In this document: piece after piece, positions 31,049-42,017 of the stretch | How positions within the stretch are numbered: the stretch's first letter is position 1 | Layout: every line of letters starts with the position of its first letter | Origin: an uncultured Acidobacteriota bacterium | GTDB lineage: Bacteria; Acidobacteriota; UBA6911 | DNA: 64,000 nucleotides | Assembly: GCA_963827655.1 (NCBI GenBank) | Contig: CAWHCF010000009.1 | Span: 19,791 to 83,790, forward strand | Reading direction: 5' to 3' | Program-made: the position numbers and the translations under genes | The notes under the pieces: generated by a model | Told to the model about the DNA's origin: nothing | Databases searched by the model: none | The model's input: the letters and a program-made list of their open reading frames with translations, nothing else

Positions 31049-31063
31049 GCAAGTCGTATGCCG
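31049..31063 (-). promoter_or_regulatory. Possible sigma54 -24/-12 promoter
   Basis: Minus strand CGGCATACGACTTGC (GG-N10-GC), about 80 bp upstream of the transporter. Confidence 0.35.
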
Positions 31064-31260
31064 GATTGGGCGCCATCATTTTGCTTGCTCCTGATAGGAT
31101 ACGGATCGGTTGCTGAGGCTGAAAGCGCGGCGGCTTCCAGGTATACTTTGGCACGTTTGTCTGAATTGCTCGTAGACGAAAGCGACTGAGGCTATCATTG
31201 GGACGTGAACGCCGCGACCTGCCACCTCATCGACAACGCCCTCAGGTAAGGATGGATGCC

Positions 31261-32124
31261 ATGAAGCACTTCGTCGGTCTGTTGATCGCCTTTGCTCTTC
31301 TGTCGGAAACGCAGGCTCAGGACGTCAAACGCGACATCCGTTATGCCGATTCGACTCATCAGCGTCACGTGCTCGATATCTATTCGCCGCGTGGCGCCAA
31401 GAACCTGCCCGTGGTCTTCTGGATTCACGGCGGAGGGTGGCAGACGGGCGACAAGTCGAGCGTCCAGATCAAGCCACAGTATTTCATGGACAAAGGGATC
31501 GTCTTTGTCTCGACCAACTATCGGCTTCTGCCAGACGTCGACATGGGGACGATCGTGCGCGACATCGCCAAGTCGATTCACTGGGTGCATGACCATATCG
31601 CCGAGCACGGGGGCGATCCGCAGCGTCTGTTCGTCATGGGCCATTCCGCCGGCGCGCAACTCGCCGCGCTGGTTTGCATCGACGACCGTTATCTGAAGGC
31701 CGAGGGGCTGTCCCTGGCGATCATCAAGGGCTGCGTGCCCGTCGATGGGGACACCTATGACGTGCCGGCCATCATCGAGACGGCGGAGACCCGACGTCGG
31801 GTGCATGGTCTGCCGCAAGCGAAATTTGGTCACCGTGAGAAGTTCGGCAACGACGCGGCGAAGCACCGCGACTTCTCCGCCGTCACGCATGTGGCCAAGG
31901 ACAAAGGCATTCCTCCGTTCCTGATCCTGCACGTCGCCGAGCATCCCGACACGAGCGCGCAGGCGCAGCGTCTGGGCAACGTGCTGAAGGAAGCGGGCAT
32001 CCCCGCCACGGTCTTCGGTGGCAGAGAGACCACCCACAACAAGATCAACGCCGACCTCGGCCTGCCCGACGATCCAGCCACCAAGGCGCTCGATGAGTTC
32101 GTGCGCGCGGCACTGAAGAGGTGA
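31261..32124 (+). CDS. Alpha/beta hydrolase (HSL/arylformamidase-like)
   Basis: Signal peptide, IHGGGW, NYRL, GHSAG. Confidence 0.9.
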   Translation: MKHFVGLLIAFALLSETQAQDVKRDIRYADSTHQRHVLDIYSPRGAKNLPVVFWIHGGGWQTGDKSSVQIKPQYFMDKGIVFVSTNYRLLPDVDMGTIVRDIAKSIHWVHDHIAEHGGDPQRLFVMGHSAGAQLAALVCIDDRYLKAEGLSLAIIKGCVPVDGDTYDVPAIIETAETRRRVHGLPQAKFGHREKFGNDAAKHRDFSAVTHVAKDKGIPPFLILHVAEHPDTSAQAQRLGNVLKEAGIPATVFGGRETTHNKINADLGLPDDPATKALDEFVRAALKR

Positions 32125-32481
32125 CCCGCTCCCAGCATCATCTTTTTCGTTGTATTGAGTGAGAAGGCACTGCCCTCCGGATGATTGACTTGATTCCCAG
32201 ACCGAAGGGCCGCCCGGTTCAATGCAACCGATCGATAACGGAATTCCAGTACCTTTATTGGGCAGGTCCAAGCGATCAAAAACTCCGGCTGGCTGGTCCC
32301 CGATCCTGTGATTCGAACCAAGGATCGGCAAGACCACATGTTGAAGGCGTAGATCGGGGGAACATCCTCAACCGATGTCTCAGCGTGATTCTATGCCGAG
32401 TTCTTCGCTGGAAGATATTGCGCCCGTCACGCCCTCGATGGCATGATGAGCGCCCGGAACTCACCACCTGGAAGGGTTTAC

Positions 32482-34215
32482 ATGCAGATCCAAGACACCG
32501 AAAATCGTCCGTCCCCAACCGCTCCCGATCACCGTGTCTCGGCTCTGAAGGACAGATGGAGTGTTTTGTGGTCATGTTGTGCGATTTTAGGGCTCTGCCT
32601 TGTCGTGGGCCTGCCGACAATTCGGCCGGACAACTACTTCTTAGGCGACGACTTCGGGCTGGTGCACCATCTACACAAGCTGCCGCTCTATCGATTTCTG
32701 TCTTATTTCGCTTCGGATTGGACCGAAGGTATCTACGGATTCACGCTGGATGAGCTGCGGCCTTTTTTAGCCTTTACATACTGGCTGGATAGCCGGCTCT
32801 TTGGAGCGGCGAACGCGCAGGGCTACCACGCGACTAATGTCGTTCTGCACATGCTGAATGGTCTGCTGGTACTGGCGATCGCTCGGTCTGTCGCACCAGG
32901 GCAGAAAGCCGTCGCGCTTCTGGCGGCCTCGATATTCGTGCTCATGCCAAGCCACGCCGAACCGATATCGTGGATCAGCGGCCGAGTCGATTCAGTTGCG
33001 GCGCTGTTCTACTTGGCCGCGTTCTTATGTTTCGTCCGGTTTCGTCTCCGACAACACCGCGCATGGTTCGTTGCTACACTCGTCATCTTCATTTGTGGTC
33101 TGTTTGCGAAACAGTCACTAGTTACCTTTCCAGTACTCATCCTGGCTTATGATGTCGTGTTTGGGCCCACCCTCCAGGGCTCAACACGTACCGGCGTCAT
33201 TTCACGATATGCGTCTCATGTGCCGTTTTTTCTGCTGCTGGTGGCGTATCTGGGGCTTCGGCACTATCTTTTTGGTAATGCTATTCGTGAAAGCCTCCTC
33301 ACGTTGACGGCCTTCAAAGAGTTCGCTTCCCGACAATACTTTTACGTCACGAAGCTCTTCCCGATTGCGGACAATGCCTCGTCTGAGACCAGATTGTGGC
33401 TGACAATCATAATGGTGCTCGTGCTGGCGGCGTGCGGATGGTCTCTGTTCGTTTCACGCTCCAGGTATGGGCCGGTGATTCGACGTTTGATTTTCTTTGG
33501 CGCGATTTGGTACGCGATCACCATTGCTCCAATGGTTGTGACCTACAGTTCTGCGCGTCATCTCTATCTGACCTCCGCAGGACTAAGCATCGCGCTCGCA
33601 TCACTGATTTTGCCGGGGAGGTTGCGCGACAAGATTCCATGGACGGCCGGGCGCATCATAGCGGCCGCCGTGCTTGTTTTGCTCAACGGCCTCGCGCTGA
33701 AGTGGAACACGGGGAAATGGATTGAGAACGGTATCGAGTCGCAAAAATTCGTAACCGCTCTGCCTCCCTTGCTTCGATCTCTCCGCCCTGGGAGCCTCGT
33801 TCTCATCGATATTCCCGAGACGAACCGTGGCGCCTGGTTCTGGTCCTGGGGACTCCCGTTCGCCTTAGAGAAGCCTTTCTTGCCTGAAGACTTATACCCC
33901 CAGTTTGCGATCGTAGAACGTCCCGCCGTATACTGTTGTCCGCAGAACCAGTGGTGGATGGCCAAAGAGACGGCGCTTACCCGACTACTGAACTCGCCTG
34001 ACCCACACGAAGTGACCTCCATTTTGCCCGTGCCCCATGCACTCGGGTCTCTCGTGCTCCGAACACGAGGAGTGAATGGCCCGGCATTAAGGCTGAAAAT
34101 TGAAAGCGCGATCGGGAGGCCTCTCGAGAGCGTCTCTACCAACTTCACCTATCCTGAAGCCCAGCAGGTGATGGGGATTCTCCTCGAGCCCTTCAACGCA
34201 GCAGTGAGTCCATAA
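32482..34215 (+). CDS. GT-C-like multi-pass membrane protein
   Basis: GDDF, RP motif, YHATNVVLH, HAEPISWISGR, AKQ, many TM segments. Confidence 0.75.
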   Translation: MQIQDTENRPSPTAPDHRVSALKDRWSVLWSCCAILGLCLVVGLPTIRPDNYFLGDDFGLVHHLHKLPLYRFLSYFASDWTEGIYGFTLDELRPFLAFTYWLDSRLFGAANAQGYHATNVVLHMLNGLLVLAIARSVAPGQKAVALLAASIFVLMPSHAEPISWISGRVDSVAALFYLAAFLCFVRFRLRQHRAWFVATLVIFICGLFAKQSLVTFPVLILAYDVVFGPTLQGSTRTGVISRYASHVPFFLLLVAYLGLRHYLFGNAIRESLLTLTAFKEFASRQYFYVTKLFPIADNASSETRLWLTIIMVLVLAACGWSLFVSRSRYGPVIRRLIFFGAIWYAITIAPMVVTYSSARHLYLTSAGLSIALASLILPGRLRDKIPWTAGRIIAAAVLVLLNGLALKWNTGKWIENGIESQKFVTALPPLLRSLRPGSLVLIDIPETNRGAWFWSWGLPFALEKPFLPEDLYPQFAIVERPAVYCCPQNQWWMAKETALTRLLNSPDPHEVTSILPVPHALGSLVLRTRGVNGPALRLKIESAIGRPLESVSTNFTYPEAQQVMGILLEPFNAAVSP

Positions 34216-34367
34216 GCTCGCGAATTTTGAGCCCACCCGGCGTCCTGCGGAGTGGAAAAATCCAAAGCTAACCTTTGCGGGCTACGATGCAGCCGCCCGG
34301 GCCGGCGGCGGCCCGAGGCGGCCACCTGTGCCGTGGATCGCGTTAAAGAGATCGCAAGAACGCGTCG

Positions 34368-34424
34368 CCCGGTTCATGTGCGGACGGGCTATCAAGCCCG
34401 TCCGGCCTCCGAGGGCAGTACTAA
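34368..34424. repeat. Partial inverted copy of the ~165-bp repeat
   Basis: CCCGGTTCATGTGCGGACGGGCTATCAAGCCCGTCCGGC matches the reverse complement of ~2985-3030. Confidence 0.8.
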
Positions 34425-34502
34425 AATCAGGGGATTTAGCCCTGTGGCGGCACTATAAGACCTCTATTTTGGCTCAAGATCCCGCTGTGCTTCGTTCTTC
34501 CC

Positions 34503-35690
34503 TCAGCCTATGTTGAGCTGCCCGGTCGCCCATCGGGGGTACATCTTGCCCAAATTCACGACTGCACACAGCAACGCCCACTGGGCTTTGACTTTTTCCA
34601 GGCCACGCACCGTCCAGCGCCGAAATCCCATCAGCTGCTTGATCCAGGCAAAGATCGGCTCGACGATGCCCATCCGTTTTTTTATAAGCTGACTCTTTTG
34701 TTTGTCCTTCTGTTTTTCCTTTTGACGCAAAATGACTTCGTAATAAGGACTGACATCGAGCTTTCGTCCTTGCTGGTCCTTGCTACACTGCCACCGCACG
34801 GGACATTCCTTGAAGCTCCGGCAGCGATACCTGCGAACTGCATAGCGCTTGTCGGGGGACTTGCTCATTCCTTCAAAGGTAAGCACTTCCCCAAGGGGAC
34901 AGGTCCAACAATCTTTCTCTCTCTCATAGACAAACTTCGATGAGTGAAACTCCCCGCCTCGTTCTGCTTGCGTCTCCAGTTCCTTGAGGCTGACCAGTAC
35001 CTCTGTCTGTCGTTCTTCCGCTTTGGCCAACTGTTCCCCGGACAAGTAACCTGAATCGGCCACCGTTTCCTGTGCCACCGACCCTACCGTCTCAACCACG
35101 GCCTCGATCATCGGCATCAGTTGAAACTTGTCATTCTGATCCGTCGTAACATCGGCCGCCACGATGATGTCCGCCTTACTGTCCACTACCACCTGCGCGT
35201 TATATCCCAGTCTTATCCCTTCCTGGGTCTTCATTACTTCAGCTTCCCGCTCTCCAGGATGCATCTGATCCCGTTCTTCTTTCTCTAATTCGGCAAGCTT
35301 GGCTCGGATCGTTTGCTGTAACTTAACTTTCTCCTGCAATTCCTCAGGCAACCGATATTCCTCTGCCCCTGGCTCTTGCGCCCCCTCAACCTCTCGCATT
35401 ACTCGAGTCAGAAGGTCCTCCACGCGTGCCAGCGTCTTCTCCAGCTTCCTCTTCTTCCACATCTCCCGCGTCGACGATTGCGAGGCCAGCTTCGTCCCGT
35501 CCACCGCGTTGAGAACCATGTCCACCAACTCTGCCTTTATCGCTACTTGAATCGTCTTGCGAAATACCTGCTTCAGCGGCTTTCGGTTATCCCGCCAAAA
35601 CCTTCACAGCGAACTGTGATCCGGTTAAGGCATACCGGTTAGCCACATCAAGCTCATGCTGCCGCGCATGGTCTGTGCCAAGCGCTCGCT
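34503..35690 (-). mobile_element. IS1182 family transposase remnant (5' truncated, internal stops)
   Basis: WLTGMP*PDHSSL*RF, VDGTKL, GYNAQ, ADSGY, CPLG, VEPIFAWIKQLMGFRR..RGLEKV. Confidence 0.88.
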
Positions 35691-35721
35691 GACACGTGGA
35701 TTGCTCCTGTACGCTGCTCGT

Positions 35722-36618
35722 TCAGGAAGATACCTGATCCCGCACGAGCTCGCCGAATAGCTCCGGCCTGCGCGTGCGTAGCGCGTAGTTGGCCAGCGCC
35801 CGCTCGCGCGCCAGCAGCATCGGATCAAGGTCGGCGACGATCATCTCCTCCTGTATGCGCTCCCTTTGAGCGCTGGCCAGAAGGTCCCCGTTGGGTCCCC
35901 AGATCATAGCGACGCCGGCGTGGTGTGGTTGGTTTTCGTGATCCTTGGGGTAGTTGTCCAGAGTTCCGGCCCGACCGGCCTGGTCGGTTAACACGGCGAA
36001 GCAGGCGTTTTCGCGGGCTCGCAGAGCGTACACGGCGACGAAATCGTGGGAATGCCGACGCGCCGCCGCTTCTCCTTCAGGCGTATCTGGCCAGGGCTTG
36101 AAACGGGCAGCGTGGGGCATCAGGAGCACCTCGGCCCCGCGCAGGGATAGCACGCGGCCTACCTCGGGAAACTGATTGTCGTAGCAGATGACCGTGCCCA
36201 CTTTACAGGGTCCCACGTCGAACACGTGAATGTCCCGGCCGCCCTTGTAGTAGTTCACCTCGTCACGCGAAAGGTGCAGCTTCCGCTGCTTGCCGATGTA
36301 GCCATCGGGTCCGACCAGGATCTGCGTGTTGTAGACAATGTCGCGTTCTTTCTCGCTGAGTCCGACGGAGAGCACCAGACCATGACGCCGGGCGAGCTCG
36401 CTCAGCTTGCGGGCGCTCGGACCCTCCGGCACGGGCTCGGCCAACTCCCAGGTCTTAGGGGTACAGTGGCCGTGGACCACCAGTTCGGGAAAGAGCACAA
36501 GATCAGCCTTCGCCGCTGCCGCGCGCTCGCACCAGCCGTCGATGGCGGCCAGCACGCGCTCCGGTTCGCCCAGAAACCCATTCATGCTCACGGCCGCCAC
36601 ACGGGTCACTTGCATCAT
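35722..36618 (-). CDS. Nitrilase/carbon-nitrogen hydrolase
   Basis: FPEL, RKLH, ICYD triad. Confidence 0.9.
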   Translation of the reverse strand: MMQVTRVAAVSMNGFLGEPERVLAAIDGWCERAAAAKADLVLFPELVVHGHCTPKTWELAEPVPEGPSARKLSELARRHGLVLSVGLSEKERDIVYNTQILVGPDGYIGKQRKLHLSRDEVNYYKGGRDIHVFDVGPCKVGTVICYDNQFPEVGRVLSLRGAEVLLMPHAARFKPWPDTPEGEAAARRHSHDFVAVYALRARENACFAVLTDQAGRAGTLDNYPKDHENQPHHAGVAMIWGPNGDLLASAQRERIQEEMIVADLDPMLLARERALANYALRTRRPELFGELVRDQVSS

Positions 36619-37078
36619 GAAATCCTCTCCTTCTTGGGGCAGTCGCGCTCACGTCCAACACGAGACGCAACCGTCTGGATCTGTCTCTACGGCACCCAAT
36701 CGCTGCCGGCTCAAGCTATTGAACAGGCTACGGGAATTTACACCACATCTCAACTGCTTGTCGCGAGGTTCCGCCAACTTTCCACAGCAATCGGGCTGGC
36801 GGCTGCAAAGTGCATCCAAAAATGCAGCCAGGATCGGCGGCGATCTGCGCTGCCCGACAGCGCGGGCACGCCTATGTGCCACAGATACGACAACAAAACT
36901 GGTAGAGCTGGATCACAGGGGCTATTAGAATAGCCGTATGAACATGGGGTTGGAACACATGATGCGGTTGGCCAAGGCCCGGGCGCGTCAGTCCCTTGCC
37001 CACGGATGATCGAAGTGGCAATGAGGTCCGTAATCTTGTTGGCCACGCGCGCGCTCGACACTGTGTATAGTGCGAGAG

Positions 37079-37939
37079 ATGTCTACGTCGGAAAAGAATC
37101 TGCGATCTCTGGAAGCTGGCATCGTCACCGATTTCAAGGATCGGATGAGCTATGCAGGCTACCTCTGCCTCGATGGGTTGCTCTCCCAGCAGCGGCCGCT
37201 TTCCCGGCCACCGCACCACGATGAAATGCTGTTCATCATCCAGCATCAGGTCGCGGAACTCTGGATCAAGCTGCTGATCCACGAGTTGGAGGCAGCGATC
37301 CGTTATGTGCAGCAGGACCAGCTCGATCCCTGCTTCAAGATTCTGTCGCGTGCCAAGCTCATCCAGATGCAGCTCTTTGACCAATGGGCCGTATTGGAAA
37401 CGCTCACTCCATCCGAATACATGGAATTCCGCGGAGTGATCGGCCATGCTTCCGGCTTTCAGTCGTATCAGTACCGCAAGTTTGAGTTTCTACTGGGAAA
37501 CAAGAATCGGGGCACGCTCCAGGTCTTTACCCATGTTCCGGAGATCCATCAGGATTTGCAGAAGACGCTTGAGTCGCCCAGCCTTTACGATGAATTTCTG
37601 CGACATCTCAAGCGGCGCGGCCTTGCTGTGCCCCAAGCCTGCGTCGAGCGTGACTGGTCCGAGCCTTATCAGAAAAATGATGAATTGATAGAGGTTTTGA
37701 GGGACATTTATGAGCATCCACGCGAACACTGGGACGCATATGAAATGTGCGAAAAGCTCGTGGATGTAGAAGAGTACTTCCAGCTCTGGCGCTTTCGCCA
37801 CATGAAAACCGTCGAGCGTATTATCGGTTTTCGCCCCGGCACCGGAGGCTCATCCGGCGTTGGCTTTCTGCGTCAGGCGTTGGAATTGACTTTTTTCCCC
37901 GAACTGTTTGCCGTCCGCACAGGACTGAAGCAACGATGA
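37079..37939 (+). CDS. kynA: Tryptophan 2,3-dioxygenase
   Basis: [41 protein letters not shown]. Confidence 0.96.
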   Translation: MSTSEKNLRSLEAGIVTDFKDRMSYAGYLCLDGLLSQQRPLSRPPHHDEMLFIIQHQVAELWIKLLIHELEAAIRYVQQDQLDPCFKILSRAKLIQMQLFDQWAVLETLTPSEYMEFRGVIGHASGFQSYQYRKFEFLLGNKNRGTLQVFTHVPEIHQDLQKTLESPSLYDEFLRHLKRRGLAVPQACVERDWSEPYQKNDELIEVLRDIYEHPREHWDAYEMCEKLVDVEEYFQLWRFRHMKTVERIIGFRPGTGGSSGVGFLRQALELTFFPELFAVRTGLKQR

Positions 37940-37946
37940 GCCAGCA

Positions 37947-39158
37947 ATGAGCCGTAGTATTGTCGAAGCCGTTGCTCGCCTTGGCCCCTGTGCGCTTACG
38001 GAAGAATCCGTGCAGCAGCACATCGCGCCGTTGTTTTCCCGCGTGCTGGCCGGTGATCGCATCTATCTCGCCAATCATTCTTTGGGCCGTCCTCTCGACG
38101 TTATGGCAGAGGACCTGCGCGAAGCGACTTTGCTTTGGGAAACAAAGCTCGGCGACGCATGGGATGCGTGGCTGGCGGAACAGGAAGCCTTTCGCGCCCG
38201 CATCGCCCAGCTCATCCATGCTCCGCGTGTGGATTGCATTGTGCCCAAAACATCTGCCGGACAGGGCCTGCGTGCTGTGTTGAATGCGCTGTCCGGAACG
38301 CCGCGCGTCTTGAGCACGCGTGGAGAATTCGATTCCATAGACCTGCTGCTGAAACAGTATGCGTCGCTTGGACGTATCGAGGTGCACTGGGTCGAACCCG
38401 ATGCTGACGGTCTGTTTACCGTGCCAGGAATGATGGAGCATCTGGGGGATGGAGTCGATCTTGTCGTGATCTCCCAGGTCATGTTCATGAACGGACAAGT
38501 CGTGCATCATCTGGACCAACTCGCCGATGCTTGCCACACCGTCGGCGCAAAGCTGTTGGTCGATTCCTATCACGCTATCGGCGTCTTTCCTGTGGATGTC
38601 GCCGCCATGCGGACCGATTTCGCGATTGGTGGTAGTTATAAATATCTTCGCGGTGGTCCCGGCGCGTGTTTTCTTTATCTGTCGCCGGAAATCCTTGCCG
38701 GCGGATTGCGTCCGCTCGATACAGGTTGGTTCGCGCGCGAAAATACATTCGGCTATGAGCGGCCTGACCCGCCATTGCTGCGTGCAGGCGGCGACGCTTT
38801 TCTCGAATCGACGCCTCCTGTGCTCACCTACTACCAGGCACGCAGCGGGCAGCACTTTACGCTGGCCATGGGTATGGAACGACTGCGTGACTACGGACGA
38901 AAACAGCTCAATCAGTTGAAGCGTTATCTTGCCGATGCAGGCATAGACGCAATTGGCGGCGATGCCGACCACGGCGCATTTCTCTCTGTTCGGCATAGGA
39001 ATGCCGGCGATCTTGCGATAAAGACAGCAGAGAACAATGTCATCACCGACGCTCGCGGTGAATGGCTGCGCCTGTGCCCCGATTGCCTCACGCGGGAGGA
39101 GGAGCTGCGAACAGCGGCTTCTGTCTTGCAACGGGAGCTGGAACAACTGCATCGCTGA
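37947..39158 (+). CDS. kynU: Kynureninase-like PLP enzyme
   Basis: YLANHSLG, DSYHAIG, SYKYLRGGPG, GWFA; directly follows kynA. Confidence 0.8.
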   Translation: MSRSIVEAVARLGPCALTEESVQQHIAPLFSRVLAGDRIYLANHSLGRPLDVMAEDLREATLLWETKLGDAWDAWLAEQEAFRARIAQLIHAPRVDCIVPKTSAGQGLRAVLNALSGTPRVLSTRGEFDSIDLLLKQYASLGRIEVHWVEPDADGLFTVPGMMEHLGDGVDLVVISQVMFMNGQVVHHLDQLADACHTVGAKLLVDSYHAIGVFPVDVAAMRTDFAIGGSYKYLRGGPGACFLYLSPEILAGGLRPLDTGWFARENTFGYERPDPPLLRAGGDAFLESTPPVLTYYQARSGQHFTLAMGMERLRDYGRKQLNQLKRYLADAGIDAIGGDADHGAFLSVRHRNAGDLAIKTAENNVITDARGEWLRLCPDCLTREEELRTAASVLQRELEQLHR

Positions 39159-39293
39159 GCGCCGTCAAACCCTCAGGCCCATTGCTTTCAAAGCCTGTTC
39201 GAAAGGTTCAGGCGCCATGGTGGCCAGTCATGAAACGGATCATAGCTCGACCGCTTGCGGCCCGAGAAGTGAGAGAGTCTTCGCCATCGAGTT

Positions 39294-40064
39294 ATGCAGA
39301 CGTCGATAACTTCAGCCGTTGAAGATCCGTCATGCCTTCGATCCTTCTGTGCCTGCTCCCGCGTGCTGATACGGATCGTTCTTTGGCTGCTGCCTGTTCT
39401 CTGTGCCGCCCGGCTGCAGGCAGAGGATACCCGCAATGAATTCTGGCCGGAGTTTGATGCCTATCTCAAACTGAATGAGAAGTCCCGTCTGTTCTTTATG
39501 TATAGCGCCACCAAACTGGATCAGCGGGCGACGCATGCCGACGGCACGCTCGGAGGGCATTTGGACTTCTACACGTTACCACTGTTCGGGCGGAGGCTGC
39601 TGCAGCATCGCGCCGATGTAGCCAGGAGCAAGTCGTTCATGTTGCGGGCCGGTTATCTCTTTTCCCGGACTCCCTCCGGCAGCACCGACCCATTTACGGA
39701 ACACACGCCGACCGTCGAGACTCACTGGCGCTTTTCCCTCCCGGGGTCCATGCTGCTGACGGATCGCAATCGTGCGGACTTCCGGTTCGTGGACGGCAAC
39801 TACCAGCCTCGCTACCGCAATCGGCTCAAGCTGGAACGAACGTTCAAGGCTGGACGCCTGGATGTCACTCCATTTGCTCATGCGGAGGCGTTCTATGACT
39901 GGAGGTTTGACAAATTTCACCGCTTCCGCTATGCGGCGGGAGCAGAAGTAACCCTGGGGCGGCACGTGATCTTGGAAGGTTACTATTTGAGGCAAAGGGA
40001 CACGGTCTCTTCGCCGCACCACGTCAACGCCATGGGGCTTGCTCTGCAATTCTATTTCCCCTGA
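39294..40064 (+). CDS. DUF2490 outer-membrane beta-barrel protein
   Basis: DRNRADFRF..RYRNRL, EAFYD, aromatic C-terminus. Start uncertain. Confidence 0.75.
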   Translation: MQTSITSAVEDPSCLRSFCACSRVLIRIVLWLLPVLCAARLQAEDTRNEFWPEFDAYLKLNEKSRLFFMYSATKLDQRATHADGTLGGHLDFYTLPLFGRRLLQHRADVARSKSFMLRAGYLFSRTPSGSTDPFTEHTPTVETHWRFSLPGSMLLTDRNRADFRFVDGNYQPRYRNRLKLERTFKAGRLDVTPFAHAEAFYDWRFDKFHRFRYAAGAEVTLGRHVILEGYYLRQRDTVSSPHHVNAMGLALQFYFP

Positions 40065-40104
40065 AGCTGGAGGACGAACCAATCCAGATCAGATCACCAA
40101 CAGA

Positions 40105-40615
40105 GATCACCCCCCGGGCTGCGACGGACGGATGCCCTTCGAGAACGGAATGCTCTCGGAGATGCTGTTGAAAACGGCTATAATGCGTTTTTGCTTCGGC
40201 AAGTGGCACCTCAATCCGTCGGAGGAAAGCACTCCGGCGGGGCGCGTGTCACCGCTGGCCGCTGGGTCGCGCGCTTCTACGGCTTCCTCGGCGGCGAGAC
40301 CAATCAGTGGTTCCCCGACCTGACCTACGACAACCATTCGGCGCCGCAGCCAAAGACGGTCGAAGAGGGCTACCATTAGAGCGAAGACCTGGCGGACAAG
40401 GCGATCCAGTTCATCCTCAACGCGCCCGACAAGCCCTTCTTCCTGTACTATGCGACCAGGGGCCGCGCACGCGCCGCATCAGGTCGGCCCGGACTGGATC
40501 GAGAAGTACAAAGGCAAATTCGACATGGGCTGGGACAGGTACCGCGAGGCGTGTCAGAAGAAGTTGGGGATCTTCCCAGCCAACGCTGGGCTTTCGCGGC
40601 ACGATCCCGACGGGC
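40105..40615 (+). pseudogene. Arylsulfatase internal fragment, decayed
   Basis: FGKWHL, FYGFLGGETNQW, KPFFLYY..AHAPHQ, YKGKFDMGWD in shifting frames with a stop. Confidence 0.8.
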
Positions 40616-40705
40616 CGGCTCCTGCCCGCATTCGGCGGCTTGATAAAGATGTTACGCAGGCAGTCAGCAAAGTCAGACGTTGAAACTAGAGAGGAAGGAA
40701 TCAAA

Positions 40706-41509
40706 ATGAACCCAGAGAATCGGAGAAAACTTTTCGCGGGCCTCTTCGCCGATCAGGCCGCCAGATGCGGAGCTCCCTTCGTGACGGCCTTGCTGCTGCT
40801 GAGCTTGCCCCTGCCCGCTCAACAGCCCGATGCTGCTGCCAAGCAGCAGATGATCCAGGAGAGGGTAGCAGCCCTGAAGCAGTCGCTGGCTCAGAACCAG
40901 GCGGCGCTGAAGCAGTATACCTGGACGGAAACCACCGAGATCAGCTTGAAAGGGGAGGTGAAGAAGCGGGAACAGAAGGAGTGTCACTACGGCCCGGATG
41001 GCAAAGTCCAGAAGACACCGATCGCTGGAGGAGAGCCACCCGCACAAGACCAGCAGCAGGCCGGGGGGCGGTCGGGCCGCCGGGGCGGGGCCGTGAAGAA
41101 AAAGGTCGTCGAGAACAAGGTGGGAGATCTGAAGGACTACATGGAGAATGTGGCCGCGCTGGTTCACGAATATGTGCCGCCCGATCCCGCCAAGATCCAG
41201 GCTGCCGCCAAGGGTGGCAAAGCCGCGCCCGAGCGGAGCGCCGAGGGAGGACTGACGGCGCTTACCTTGACAGACTATGCCAAAGCAGGCGACAAGCTCT
41301 CACTCGGTTTCGACGCGGTGGCGAAGAAGATCCGGAGCTACAACGTTGCTTCATACCTGGACAAGCCGGAAGACGCGGTCACGCTGCGGGTGAGCTTCGA
41401 CAGCCTGCCCGACGGCACCAATTACCCGAAGGAAACGGTGCTGGATGCCAAGGCCAAACAGATCCAGGTAAAGATTAGCAACTCCGGGCACAAGAAGGCC
41501 GGATCCTGA
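40706..41509 (+). CDS. Secreted hypothetical protein
   Basis: ATG with GAGGAAGG RBS, signal-like segment, strong GC3 bias (NQAALKQYTWTE). Confidence 0.75.
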   Translation: MNPENRRKLFAGLFADQAARCGAPFVTALLLLSLPLPAQQPDAAAKQQMIQERVAALKQSLAQNQAALKQYTWTETTEISLKGEVKKREQKECHYGPDGKVQKTPIAGGEPPAQDQQQAGGRSGRRGGAVKKKVVENKVGDLKDYMENVAALVHEYVPPDPAKIQAAAKGGKAAPERSAEGGLTALTLTDYAKAGDKLSLGFDAVAKKIRSYNVASYLDKPEDAVTLRVSFDSLPDGTNYPKETVLDAKAKQIQVKISNSGHKKAGS

Positions 41510-41626
41510 TCGAAAAACCTCCAGACGTCCTTTTCCTGTATCCTCCTTTGAACTTACTTGCACTTGTCGAGTTAAAACGTTTGCGACAATCGGCAGGCCG
41601 GGCATGTCTGGTTGTTGTTGCTTCTT

Positions 41627-41890
41627 TCACCTTGCAACAGCGGCTCTCCCCGCGACGAAGACAGTCTTCCAATCGGTCTTGATATTCACCACCGTAGAGC
41701 CGTTCTTCTTTGCGGCGTCGAGCGAGAGGTTGTCCTTCTCCGCGTAGGCGAACTCGCGCGCCTCGTCATCGTGGTTGATCAGGAGTTGGAACGAAGGCCC
41801 CGTACACCCCTTCGAGTACTCCATCATCGCGATGTCGCCTGCATTGCCAACGTTCCCGCCCGCAAAGATGGGGCGCCGATCTGGCGCTGC
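41627..41890 (-). pseudogene. HAD-family hydrolase C-terminal fragment
   Basis: RRPIFAGGN...GDIAMM...HDDEAREFAY...DWKTVF; N-terminus absent. Confidence 0.7.
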
Positions 41891-42017
41891 TCCCACCTCT
41901 TTACCTTGGTCGGTTGCTGGACTCCCGTCGATAGAAATCACCAGCAACGTACGTGCTGGCAGAAGGAACGACGCCAGCAGAACGAGAACAGGCAACTTGC
42001 TCAAGCTCCGCGGGCTC

